DNA of 63,268 bases, filler included, from Octopus bimaculoides (taxonomy: Eukaryota): the NCBI RefSeq assembly GCF_001194135.2. It is 5 parts of 5 records of this genome, joined end to end, with 100 filler letters (N's around TTAATTAATTAA, not from the genome) between each part and the next. Parts side by side here need not be neighbours in the genome. Positions count along the whole stretch, not along the records: positions 27,986 to 58,970 come from NC_068990.1; positions 59,071 to 61,296 come from NC_069002.1; positions 61,397 to 63,268 come from NW_026355954.1; 2 more parts are not named here. One strand, written 5' to 3'. Of the stretch, positions 51,394-62,110 are shown piece after piece; within the stretch, counting starts at the first letter, position 1, and every line of letters starts with the position of its first letter. Made by a program: the position numbers and the translations under genes. Below the pieces are notes generated by a model. That model ran no database searches, was not told where the DNA came from, and saw only the letters and a program-made list of their open reading frames with translations.

Positions 51394-52726
51394 NNNNNNN
51401 NNNNNNNNNNNNNNNNNNNNNNNNNNNNNNNNNNNNNNNNNNNNNNNNNNNNNNNNNNNNNNNNNNNNNNNNNNNNNNNNNNNNNNNNNNNNNNNNNNNN
51501 NNNNNNNNNNNNNNNNNNNNNNNNNNNNNNNNNNNNNNNNNNNNNNNNNNNNNNNNNNNNNNNNNNNNNNNNNNNNNNNNNNNNNNNNNNNNNNNNNNNN
51601 NNNNNNNNNNNNNNNNNNNNNNNNNNNNNNNNNNNNNNNNNNNNNNNNNNNNNNNNNNNNNNNNNNNNNNNNNNNNNNNNNNNNNNNNNNNNNNNNNNNN
51701 NNNNNNNNNNNNNNNNNNNNNNNNNNNNNNNNNNNNNNNNNNNNNNNNNNNNNNNNNNNNNNNNNNNNNNNNNNNNNNNNNNNNNNNNNNNNNNNNNNNN
51801 NNNNNNNNNNNNNNNNNNNNNNNNNNNNNNNNNNNNNNNNNNNNNNNNNNNNNNNNNNNNNNNNNNTATATATATATATGTACATACGTATGCATAGATA
51901 TGTATATGCATAGATATGTATGAATTTATGAATGTATGTAGGTATGTATGTATATAGAAAATTATTGATAGAGGCGGGGGTTGAAAGATTGGGGGGAGAT
52001 TATGGAATGTAACTGTAATAGAGCTATTACATTCGAACGAAAATTTCTCTTTATTTCTCTCCTGAAAGCAACCAAACTCTGTAGTTTTATAGCAAAAACA
52101 GACATCAGAAACAGCTCTTCCTTGCCGACATGGTGATGGCATTAAGATTTACACAGAGATACAGCTATCATCGTAATCATACATTGATATATTTCGGTAA
52201 CAGCTTTCATTAACGCATGTCTGGTTAATTTCATTACAGTAAAATCTGTTAACTAATTTTTATGTATACGTTTATTGATTTTCATATATATCCTAATAAC
52301 TGTCTCCGTTAATAGAGGCAAGGAATCAAAGAAATTTTGCATACTAATGCAATTTAACTTTCCAATTGCTGCTGTGGTCGATTTCAACATCAGCGCTTAG
52401 AAAGCGTACTAGTTATGACTGATAATATTTTAACAGCGTACATACTGCATGGGAATCACAGCAAATCGCTCTCACTTCGATTTCTGGAGTAAATGTCTAG
52501 TGTCATGCACAACAATTCTAGGATTACAAGTACTTGTTGTTTGAATGGCGTTAGACGTATTGGAAAGATTTGATAGTGACAACAGGAAGGATAGAATAAT
52601 CATCCATTATGCTTCAGGAATGAAAGAGGACGAAAATTATTTGGGGTGGGAGGCAGCCAACTAAAACGCCATAACTACTTTACAAACGCATTATTTAAAC
52701 TGTTGGAAGGTAGTGATCTGGCAGAA

Positions 52727-53340
52727 GTGTTAGCACGCCGGGCGAAATTCTAAACGGTATTTCGCCTATAGCTACGTTTTCAGTTCAAATTCTGCCGAGG
52801 TCGTCTTTACCTTTTATCATTTCGAGGTCGATAAATTAATTACCAGTGAAACACCGGGTCAGTGTAATTGACTAATCGCCTCTCCCAAATTTCAGGCCTT
52901 CTGCTTATAGTAGGAAAAGATTATTTAAGCTGTTGGAAGGCGTTGAGTTGGCAGAATCGTTAGCTCGCCGGGCGAATGACTTAGCGGTATTTCGCCCGTC
53001 GCTACGTTCTGAGTTCAAATTCCGCCGAGGTCAACTTTCCTTTTCGGCTCGATGAATTAAGTAGCAGTGAAACACTGTGGTCGATCTAATCGACTGGCCC
53101 CGTCCCCCAAAATAATTTCAGGCCCCCATGTTAGAAAGTTATTGAGTCGATGAAAATACTTAGCAACATTTCTTGCGGCTCATTCCGTTCTGGGTTCACA
53201 TTCGGCCGAGATCGACCTTGCCTTTCATTCTTTCGGAGTTGACAAATTAAGAACTAGTNNNNNNNNNNNNNNNNNNNNNNNNNNNNNNNNNNNNNNNNNN
53301 NNNNNNNNNNNNNNNNNNNNAACACTGGTTTCAATCTAAT
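52727..53340 (+). mobile_element. Three head-to-tail SINE family A copies
   Basis: Heads at about 52727 and 52940 and a truncated copy from about 53150; B-box GAGTTCAAATTCCGCC. Confidence 0.9.
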
Positions 53341-53382
53341 GGACTTCTCTGTCCCTCAGTACTTGAAACTATTATTCAAACG

Positions 53383-53690
53383 TGTGGAGGTTCATGGCCA
53401 GGTGGAAGAGCAGTGGACTCGCGGTCGAGGGTTCACAAGTTCGAATCTCAGACGGGACGAAGTATGTGTTTATGAGCGAAACACCTAAGTTCATGCGGCT
53501 CCGGCAGAAGGTAATGGCGAAATTCTGCTGACTCTTTCACCACAGCTTTCTCTCACTCTTTCCTCCTGAATCTAGCAGCGCATCTGCGACGGACCGGCGT
53601 CCCGTCGCAGGTGAGGAACCTATACGCGAATGAAACCTGAAAAAAGACCCTTATGAGTCAGGCATGTCTCGAGAAGGAATAAAAAGCAAC
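53383..53690 (+). mobile_element. tRNA-derived SINE with V-domain-like segment
   Basis: gtggaggttcatggcc...AGTTCGAATCTC B-box; tgcgacggaccggcgtcccgtc resembles the V-SINE domain (from recall). Confidence 0.7.
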
Positions 53691-53979
53691 AATTATTTAA
53701 ATGTTGACGGGGTGGAATTGTGAACATTAAAGAGCCATAACATTTAGTGCTAAATATTTTGTCCAAATTGCTGCAATAATTGCTGGGCGTGTCTTGAAAG
53801 TCTCTTTCGTATATTTTCAAAACTAATTTTCATTTTTTTTTCTTATATTATTATGAAATATTCCAAAACTACATAACTGCAAACTCAATGTTACATTCGT
53901 GTAACAACAGAAAATCAGGCAAATATGGGACATGTGTAGAGAATAGATTAATATATTGATGCAACGAATATTGTATGTG

Positions 53980-54230
53980 AAGGTGCGTCGCTTAGCAGTT
54001 GGGGACTTTCGGACCACGGTCGTTATCTCGGATGTTCCTTTGAGCAAGTCCACTCAGCTGGCAAAAACTAGTAGTATCAGCAAAACAAAACAGCCAGGTC
54101 TGTGCATTCTTTGTCACTGTGAACTATGTTAAGGGTGCGTGTATCTGCGGAGTGCTGAGCCAGGAGCAGGATGTTGCCACGATTGATTCGACCGGAACAT
54201 TCAGCATCGTAACCGACGGAGTGTCATATA
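53980..54230 (+). mobile_element. SINE family C remnant
   Basis: gaactatgttaagggtgcgtgtatctgcggagtgct...cgtaaccgacggagtgtca matches the reverse complement of 9837-9960. Confidence 0.75.
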
Positions 54231-54446
54231 ATGAACATTGAATCAAGACCAATTCACAGTTTTCTTCTCCATCATTTAATATTTGCACAATCAGTAGAAA
54301 GTTTCCACAGAATTTTTTTCCGATGACCATTGCTTCCATAATATTATTTGCAGTTCATTTCATGCAATATTCTCCGTTTGATGGCATTACATCATATTTT
54401 GCAACGGGATTGTGTTGTTAATATTCATAACAGCAAGAACAATCAT

Positions 54447-54556
54447 ACAGACATATATATTTATATATACAGACATATATATTTATATATACAGACATAT
54501 ATATTTATGTATACAGACATATATATCTATATATACAGATATATATATTTATATAC
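54447..54556 (+). repeat. 22-bp minisatellite x5 (ACAGACATATATATTTATATAT)
   Basis: Units start at 54447, 54469, 54491, 54513 and 54535. Confidence 0.9.
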
Positions 54557-55319
54557 ATAATTATATCGATATGTAGATTTATTGTTCGCATAAATACGAG
54601 CAAAAAATATAAGGGGATCGGATCTTCTATGAATTATCAAGGAAAATAGATGATGTAGAGAATCAAATTCTACACACGCAACGTACTTTTGCAGTTTCCA
54701 TCGAGCTTGTTTTCTTCTTTTTTGTGTGTTGGAATTGCATCTGATGAACCACAAGGGAGAATTGATTATACTATGGCTCTGAAGAATTTCCTCTTCAACT
54801 GCTTAGGCTGTGTAAGCTTCTAAATTATTCTTAATTTTTCAGTGCACTCCATGCTTTTATTATGTAAATTGATACATGTTTCCGTGAATTAGATACCAAC
54901 CCCAAGACAAGTAAAACGGTCGACTTTCTTCAGTGTTGTGTCAATCTGTGTGTTGATTAAACCGCTCCAATTAAAGCGTATATACCCATAAAGAACTTAA
55001 AAGAAGGTTAATGTGACATAGTCTGCCTCACTCAAACGACTCTATGATTTATTCATTCTGTCAAATATTTGTCAATGCTAATTATTGTAAATCAATCTTG
55101 GAAAACTTCATTCTGTTTATTTCGTTTAAAATTCACTCCCGGCTATCAATTGTATCTATTACTTCCATTGACAATTATAACTGCAATTTTCAAACAAGTG
55201 TAACTCGTTTTACTGTTTCTCATTAATGATCAGCAAACTTAACACTACTTCTGCAACTATCATGAATAAAGGGACTGTGAGTGCAGTGTAATTTCAGAGG
55301 TCAAATGGCTACCTGATAG

Positions 55320-55740
55320 CAAAGGCCGTTTTGTATTCTTACAAGTTTAAAATTCGTCCTTACTGTTGTCACATTTGAGCAATTATACCGTCTGCTCACT
55401 TGAATCTACTCGACCGGGTCCTTCTCTTATTTCAGTTCTGCAACCTTTGTCAGATCGATGTGACATCACTCTTAGCGTTTTCTATCGTTAATACCAAAGG
55501 CAGTGTTCTGATGAACTTCCTCTCTTAGTTCTAGACCACTTAGCACAATTTCCATTGACCCCCAAACTCACAGCGTTATTCATCCAAATGCTGTCGTGCT
55601 TCCACGAATAAGGAAGTATTTCTATGCTCGTAGATTTTTACTTCAAACTGCCAAACATTGGAACTCTCTTCCATCTCATTATTTTTCTCCTTCTTATGGC
55701 CTGAACACTTTCAACTTTAAAGTAAATTCATTCTTCTCGT
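55320..55740 (+). mobile_element. Decayed CR1/Jockey-group LINE 3' end
   Basis: Frameshifted LQPLSDRCDI.LSVFYR...CSDEL...HPNAVVLP...TAKHWNSLP...LNTF pattern typical of CR1-like ORF2 C-termini. Confidence 0.55.
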
Positions 55741-56570
55741 CTTGATTTTTCCTTCTTCATTTCCCCTTACACTTTTTATGAGACTTTCTTATATAAAAAC
55801 AAAAGTTGTTTGTCAGCATTCATTTCACATTTATTTCCCATATAAATATTTCGAACTGACATAATGATAAAGAGTTAATTCTCTTCAGGTTTTACACGTA
55901 ATTCTTTCAACAAAGAGATATCGCTTACGTGTGCATGTGGTTAGTATTCAGCGATGTTAATAAAACAATACTATTCCGATCAACATACAGATATAGCCGC
56001 GAACAATATATAACATTATTTGAAGTTTATTTCATATATTATTCTCCGCTTGGTGGCATTCCATCATATTTTGCAACGACATCGTATGGTTAATCTTAAT
56101 AAAAACACGAACAAACATACGCACATATACATATATAATTAGATTTATATAAGAATTTATTGTTCCCATAACTCCGAGCAAAATAAAAGGGGATCGGATC
56201 GTTTATGAATTACTAAGGGAAAAAGTGAATAGCGATAATCATAGCTTTTATTGTATTTGAAACCATATAAGATTGTAAATGAAACATAGTTTTCTCTACA
56301 ACTGAAAGATTAAACATCTAAAGATTTACGTTGTATTTTCATGCTTTATCTCACTGCAAGCCTCAAATTCTATTGAAAAGCAAGTGACAATTATATGTTG
56401 AAACTTCATATTGTCACGAATGTTATAAAATTTGGTTAAGTACTAATGAATTATACCTAGGAAAGAACCTCCGGAACATATATGTTATAATTATATACAT
56501 ACGTACATACATACATACATACGTACGTACGTACGTACATACATACATACATACATGTATACATACATAC

Positions 56571-56637
<67 letters not shown>

Positions 56638-57434
56638 NNNNNNNNNNNNNNNNNNNNNNNNNNNNNNNNNNNNNNNNNNNNNNNNNNNNNNNNNNNNNNN
56701 NNNNNNNNNNNNNNNNNNNNNNNNNNNNNNNNNNNNNNNNNNNNNNNNNNNNNNNNNNNNNNNNNNNNNNNNNNNNNNNNNNNNNNNNNNNNNNNNNNNN
56801 NNNNNNNNNNNNNNNNNNNNNNNNNNNNNNNNNNNNNNNNNNNNNNNNNNNNNNNNNNNNNNNNNNNNNNNNNNNNNNNNNNNNNNNNNNNNNNNNNNNN
56901 NNNNNNNNNNNNNNNNNNNNNNNNNNNNNNNNNNNNNNNNNNNNNNNNNNNNNNNNNNNNNNNNNNNNNNNNNNNNNNNNNNNNNNNNNNNNNNNNNNNN
57001 NNNNNNNNNNNNNNNNNNNNNNNNNNNNNNNNNNNNNNNNNNNNNNNNNNNNNNNNNNNNNNNNNNNNNNNNNNNNNNNNNNNNNNNNNNNNNNNNNNNN
57101 NNNNNNNNNNNNNNNNNNNNNNNNNNNNNNNNNNNNNNNNNNNNNNNNNNNNNNNNNNNNNNNNNNNNNNNNNNNNNNNNNNNNNNNNNNNNNNNNNNNN
57201 NNNNNNNNNNNNNNNNAGTATTGAAAAATTTTGTCAAGATTGTTTCCCTGTGATAAAAGGAAATCTTTCTGCTCTCTTTGTACGGACGAACAACTAATTA
57301 TCCTTTTTTCCAAACACACATTGTCTAAGACCTATAATTAACGTATTTACGGGTGTTTACATTGGAAAAAAAACCGTTTAGCTATTTCAAATAATATGTG
57401 CCCACTTACTTAATAATATCTGCAACTTAAACTA

Positions 57435-57491
57435 GTGTTGAAGAGCGCCGGCTACTAACTCCAAGATTCCGAGTTCGATTCCAGGCAGTGA

Positions 57492-57526
<35 letters not shown>

Positions 57527-57665
57527 TCGAAAAAATAACTTAGGAATGAGAACTCAGGTACGAAATTTCCCCAAGAGACCTGATGAAGGCTGGGTGGGGT
57601 ATATCAGCCGAAACGTTGTGTTAACAACAAACATGAGAACAAATATCCGTCAAATGTAAATAATT
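57435..57665 (+). mobile_element. tRNA-derived SINE-like element carrying a minimal hammerhead ribozyme
   Basis: B-box GAGTTCGATTCC 57471-57482 and internal (AAT)n, then CTGATGA 57580-57586, GGCTG/CAGCC helix II, GAAAC 57610-57614 and GTT. Confidence 0.7.
57575..57622 (+). ncRNA. Minimal type I hammerhead ribozyme (extra A after core A9; AACGTT helix III palindrome)
   Basis: GAGAC-CTGATGA-A-GGCTG-(12 nt)-CAGCC-GAAAC-GTT-GTGTT; helix I has 4/5 pairs. Confidence 0.7.
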
Positions 57666-58223
57666 TATACTTTTCATCCCATACTTCCTATTTTTCGCTT
57701 CATCTTCCTTCTCCATCTCTCATTGACTTTCTATTTGTTTATACCTCCATTCTTCCTTTAATTCTCTTTCTCTCTTCCTTCTCTCTTTCTCTTGTCCTAT
57801 GACGCAAATTTCTTAACGCTATTTTAAAATTTACTAGCATTCCCTATCCACCTTTGTCTTCCATATATATATTATTTATTATATATTATAATTTCATACA
57901 TTTGTAACAATGTGTTATTGATGAGCACTGCTGTTTATAATATCCTCTGTGATGAGATTCATGCATTTTCTCACACTATTCTTCCTCTCGGATTTATTTT
58001 AATGCATCAATCGAAATATATGTAAGTGATATGTTGACATGAATGATTTAAATAGCATCTTCAGCGTTATTTAGTGTCGGCATTTTCTATACGTTGCCTT
58101 GTCAGCTTCATCGCATATCCTCAATTTAACAATAATATTTATCTCTCACCAGATGGAGTATTTTTTCTGTATGTATATATATATACAATGAAGGAGGACA
58201 AAGGACGATCCAATTATCTTATG

Positions 58224-58320
58224 CACTTCATTAGCTTACAGCTGTTTCCACAATAAGGTGAGGTGGGATAATAGGTGAGTGCCTGAGTATAGACCTTACA
58301 GTTTCATCAGATATGAAATG
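58224..58320 (-). ncRNA. Partly decayed type I hammerhead motif
   Basis: Minus: CTGATGA (58304-58310), helix II ACTGTAAGGT/ACCTTATTGT, GAAAC-AGCT-GTA with ACAGCTGT palindrome. Position 10.1/11.1 is mismatched and the proximal helix I is disrupted. Confidence 0.55.
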
Positions 58321-58524
58321 CCATTTATTCCGGACAACAAATACAATTACTCATACGCATAGGAAGGCATTGGCAGTGAGAAATCAAATACGTGGGGAAT
58401 AAACGCCAGGTGTTAACTCCTACAATTAAAATAAAATGAACTCTAAGACTTGTATAACTAAAAGTAGAGTAAGAGTAACTAGATATATCAGAATATATGT
58501 ATACACTCACATATACATACACGC

Positions 58525-58528
58525 GTAT

Positions 58529-58593
<65 letters not shown>

Positions 58594-58625
58594 CAGATAG
58601 ATAGATAGGTAGGAAGGTAGGTAGG

Positions 58626-58678
<53 letters not shown>
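58525..58678 (+). repeat. (GATA)n microsatellite
   Basis: Directly visible; source of the LSIY-repeat ORFs. Confidence 0.95.
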
Positions 58679-58950
58679 TTCTTTTATTAGCCACACAGGG
58701 CTCAACAAAGATGGGACAAATACAATGTAGAGCCTTCTTTTGGGGAGGGGGAAGGGAAAAAAAGGGGGTCGATCAAAGGGATCGTAGGAAGGGAAAAAGG
58801 GGGGAGTTCGATCAAAAGGGATTGAGGAAAAAAAACATCAATAGGGATCGTGTATCACACAGTAATGTTCTCGTGTAAAAAGAGGGGAGGACAGTTTAGG
58901 TTTAGCCGTGGAAAGAAAAGCCTACGGAAAAGACCACGGTAACCTTGGTC
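58679..58950 (-). mobile_element. Tx1/L1-like LINE 3' UTR and tail, cut by a gap
   Basis: Minus end ...TGTCCCATCTTTGTTGAGCCCTGTGTGGCTAATAAAAGAAAT(CTAT)n, similar to the tail at 965-1001 that follows the Tx1 ORF2 fragment. Confidence 0.55.
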
Positions 58951-59164
58951 AATATTGTCATTGAAGAAACNNNNNNNNNNNNNNNNNNNNNNNNNNNNNN
59001 NNNNNNNNNNNNNNTTAATTAATTAANNNNNNNNNNNNNNNNNNNNNNNNNNNNNNNNNNNNNNNNNNNNATATATATATATATATATATATATACAGAT
59101 ATATATATATGGTTGATCACACACATATATATATATACACATATGTGTGCACACACATACATGC

Positions 59165-59206
<42 letters not shown>

Positions 59207-59920
59207 ATACACACATACATACATGCATGCATGCATACATGCATACGTACATTTATGCAAGCGTGCACGCAAAGCTATGAATCTATAAGTACACATGCGT
59301 ACGCAGTAATGGTCTACACAATGACACAAGCCGTGAACGGAAGTCCACATGTAGGAGTCAGAAAGGTAACAGAGGTTAGAGTGGAAAGAAATATTGTAAA
59401 GATATACACCAATAGAAATGATATTGTGTATGTGTGTGGATGGGGGAGGGAGACTTTGTGTGTGTGTGTGTGACATTGTATTCGTGTGTATTTAGATTTC
59501 CATTGCTACTCATATACATAGATATATATCTCTGTATGATTATGCGCATATATATTTATCCATATAGAGGTTTGGTGATGAAAACACGAAAATAGAACTC
59601 AAAACATGGATATACATACATACATACATACATACATACATACTCACATACATACATACATACATACATACACATTTACATACACACATATATATATATA
59701 TATATTATTATTATTATTATTATTATCATTATTATTATTATTATTATTATTAATCATCGGGAGAAGTTATTGAATGACTCAAGGATCGAACGGTTCTTGC
59801 ATTCGGAAGTGCGAATGACGAACGGAGACCCTAGATTCGCTCTACTTCTGCCAATTATTATTCATTAGAATATATGTGTGTATGTGTGTGTGTGTGAGTG
59901 TGTGTTTGCGTGTGTTTGCG

Positions 59921-59952
<32 letters not shown>

Positions 59953-60540
59953 CCACGAGCGTAACAGCACTGTTTTTCAACTAGTGTTTTTTTTTTTTAT
60001 TCTTTTTTTTTGTTAACCTCTTTGTAGCTAGCGGTTTGGCATAAGAGACAGATGAAATAAATCGATTCGTTCGACTAAAACCCTTCAACGCAGTGCTGCA
60101 GCATGGCCGGAGTTCAATAACTAGAGCAAGCCAAAGATGATATGTGTACATGTTAAATGAGAAAAGGAAATTAGTAGTTGTCCACCTTTGGAACTACTGG
60201 CATTCATTTTCTCTTACCCATGCTTTCTCTTCATGGATTTACCTAATGAATATCCGTTTTCATTTGATTTAATTGGACTCCTACCCACTTTCTAGACATA
60301 AAGAATTCCAATACTTATCATCTATTAGGAATATTCTTCAACCATTACAAATGTTTAACCTGTCTCTCTCCAATAACGGTATACTCAGCCTAACAGTATA
60401 CTAAGCACGATGTTCCAGTAGCTGTGATATTCTAGAAACAGCTGTTAGGGACAATCTAAACTTGAAAAAATGTTAGCCTTTTATTTTCTGCTTTAATATA
60501 GGCCTGCCGGCTCAAGGGGAAGCCACTTCTAGCTTCAGAA

Positions 60541-60649
60541 AGGCAGTCACAAAATCACATCTTCAACTGTAGTTGTGATTTTGTGACTGCCTCACCGCTA
60601 TTATACCGGTTTGATCTTCAACTGTAGTTCAAACCGGTATAATAGCGGT
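60541..60649. other. Two adjacent perfect hairpins (19-bp and 21-bp stems) with an identical 14-nt loop
   Basis: 60541-60559 pairs with 60574-60592, and 60594-60614 pairs with 60629-60649. Both loops are TCTTCAACTGTAGT. Confidence 0.95.
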
Positions 60650-60724
60650 ATACCAATTTGACCAGTCAGAGAGCATACCTATTTGTTTGAGTTACCCCGG
60701 TGAAAATTCTTCGTATATATTAAT

Positions 60725-60773
<49 letters not shown>

Positions 60774-60774
60774 C

Positions 60775-60831
<57 letters not shown>

Positions 60832-60934
60832 AGACCTAGCAATATAGCTGTTTTTAATACGCTATTCATATTTACTGACAATTATAGTTTTACTTTTTGG
60901 TAAAACTTTGCACATGTTGCTGTCGATATTAATT

Positions 60935-61000
<66 letters not shown>

Positions 61001-61184
61001 GCATGAGTATACTTAATCAATATTTCAAATTCACCCGCAAGGCTTTTGTTTCTCTGGCCCCATAATAGAAGACATTCCAAAAGTGCTACTCGTTGGTACT
61101 GAACACGGAACCATGTTGTTGGTAACGGAAACTTCTTACTACGCCACACACCCATGTCTATACATACATACATACATACAGACA

Positions 61185-61217
<33 letters not shown>

Positions 61218-61396
61218 TATTATTATTATTATTATTATTATTATCATTATTATTATTATTATTATTATCATTATTATCATTATTATTAGACAAGACNNNN
61301 NNNNNNNNNNNNNNNNNNNNNNNNNNNNNNNNNNNNNNNNTTAATTAATTAANNNNNNNNNNNNNNNNNNNNNNNNNNNNNNNNNNNNNNNNNNNN

Positions 61397-61427
<31 letters not shown>

Positions 61428-61489
61428 TGAATGTATATATATCGACCAACAATAAATAACAAATGAATTTTACTAATAAATAATATTTA

Positions 61490-62110
61490 ACGATATTATA
61501 CTTTAGTTTAAACTAAAATTAAACGTTATACTATTAACATATCGAAGTTTTAGGTTAAACTAAAATTATAAGCGTGACATTATTAACTTTACGTTTATTA
61601 GAATATAAACTAACAGAAATATTAAATGAATTTATATAAAGATATCTATTTCACCAATAAATAAAAGAAAAACATTTAACAATATTATTGAATCTTTCGT
61701 TTAAAATACAATTTAAACGTTATACTATTAACTTAGCGTTTTACTAGAATATAAACTAACAATACATGAACTTATATAAAAATACTTATTTTACCAATAA
61801 ATCAAAGAGAAATATTAAACAATATTATTGAAAAAATGCAACACTAATCTTATTGCAGTTTTGTTTTAAACTGAAATGTTAAACGTTATGCTATTAACTT
61901 AGCGTTAAATAGTATATCAACTAACAATAAATAACATGTGAATTTATATAAAATACTTATTTTACCAATAAATAAAAGAAAAACTTTTAACAATAGTATT
62001 GAAAAACATAAATGCAATATTTATCTTATCGAAGTTTTAGGTTAAACTAAAATTATATTCGTTATATTATTAACTTTACGTTTATTATAATATAAACTAA
62101 CAAGAATAAT
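61490..62110 (+). repeat. AT-rich degenerate tandem repeat, unit about 165-195 bp, about 4 copies, running into a gap
   Basis: Recurrent anchor (AAA)CGTTATACTATTAAC at about 61521, 61716, 61881 and 62059, and recurrent ATTTTACCAATAAAT.AAAGA. Confidence 0.85.

Noticed and set aside
54044-54240. Cys-containing open frame (VCAFFVTVNYVKGACICG...) resembling a PAN/apple-like exon
   Set aside because: The DNA is the 3' part of SINE family C (matches the reverse complement of 9837-9960).
54866-54940. CTGAAGA ... GAAACATGTA on minus
   Set aside because: Neither helix I nor helix II can form.
60361-60452. GAAACAGCTGTT palindrome with possible helix I (TGTCTCT/AGGGACA)
   Set aside because: No CTGANGA core and no helix II in register; at most an unrecognisable relic.
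60541-60649. CRISPR-like repeat-spacer reading of the twin 16-mer
   Set aside because: Only two repeats, eukaryotic context, no cas genes, and the spacer is fully explained as reverse copies of the flanks.
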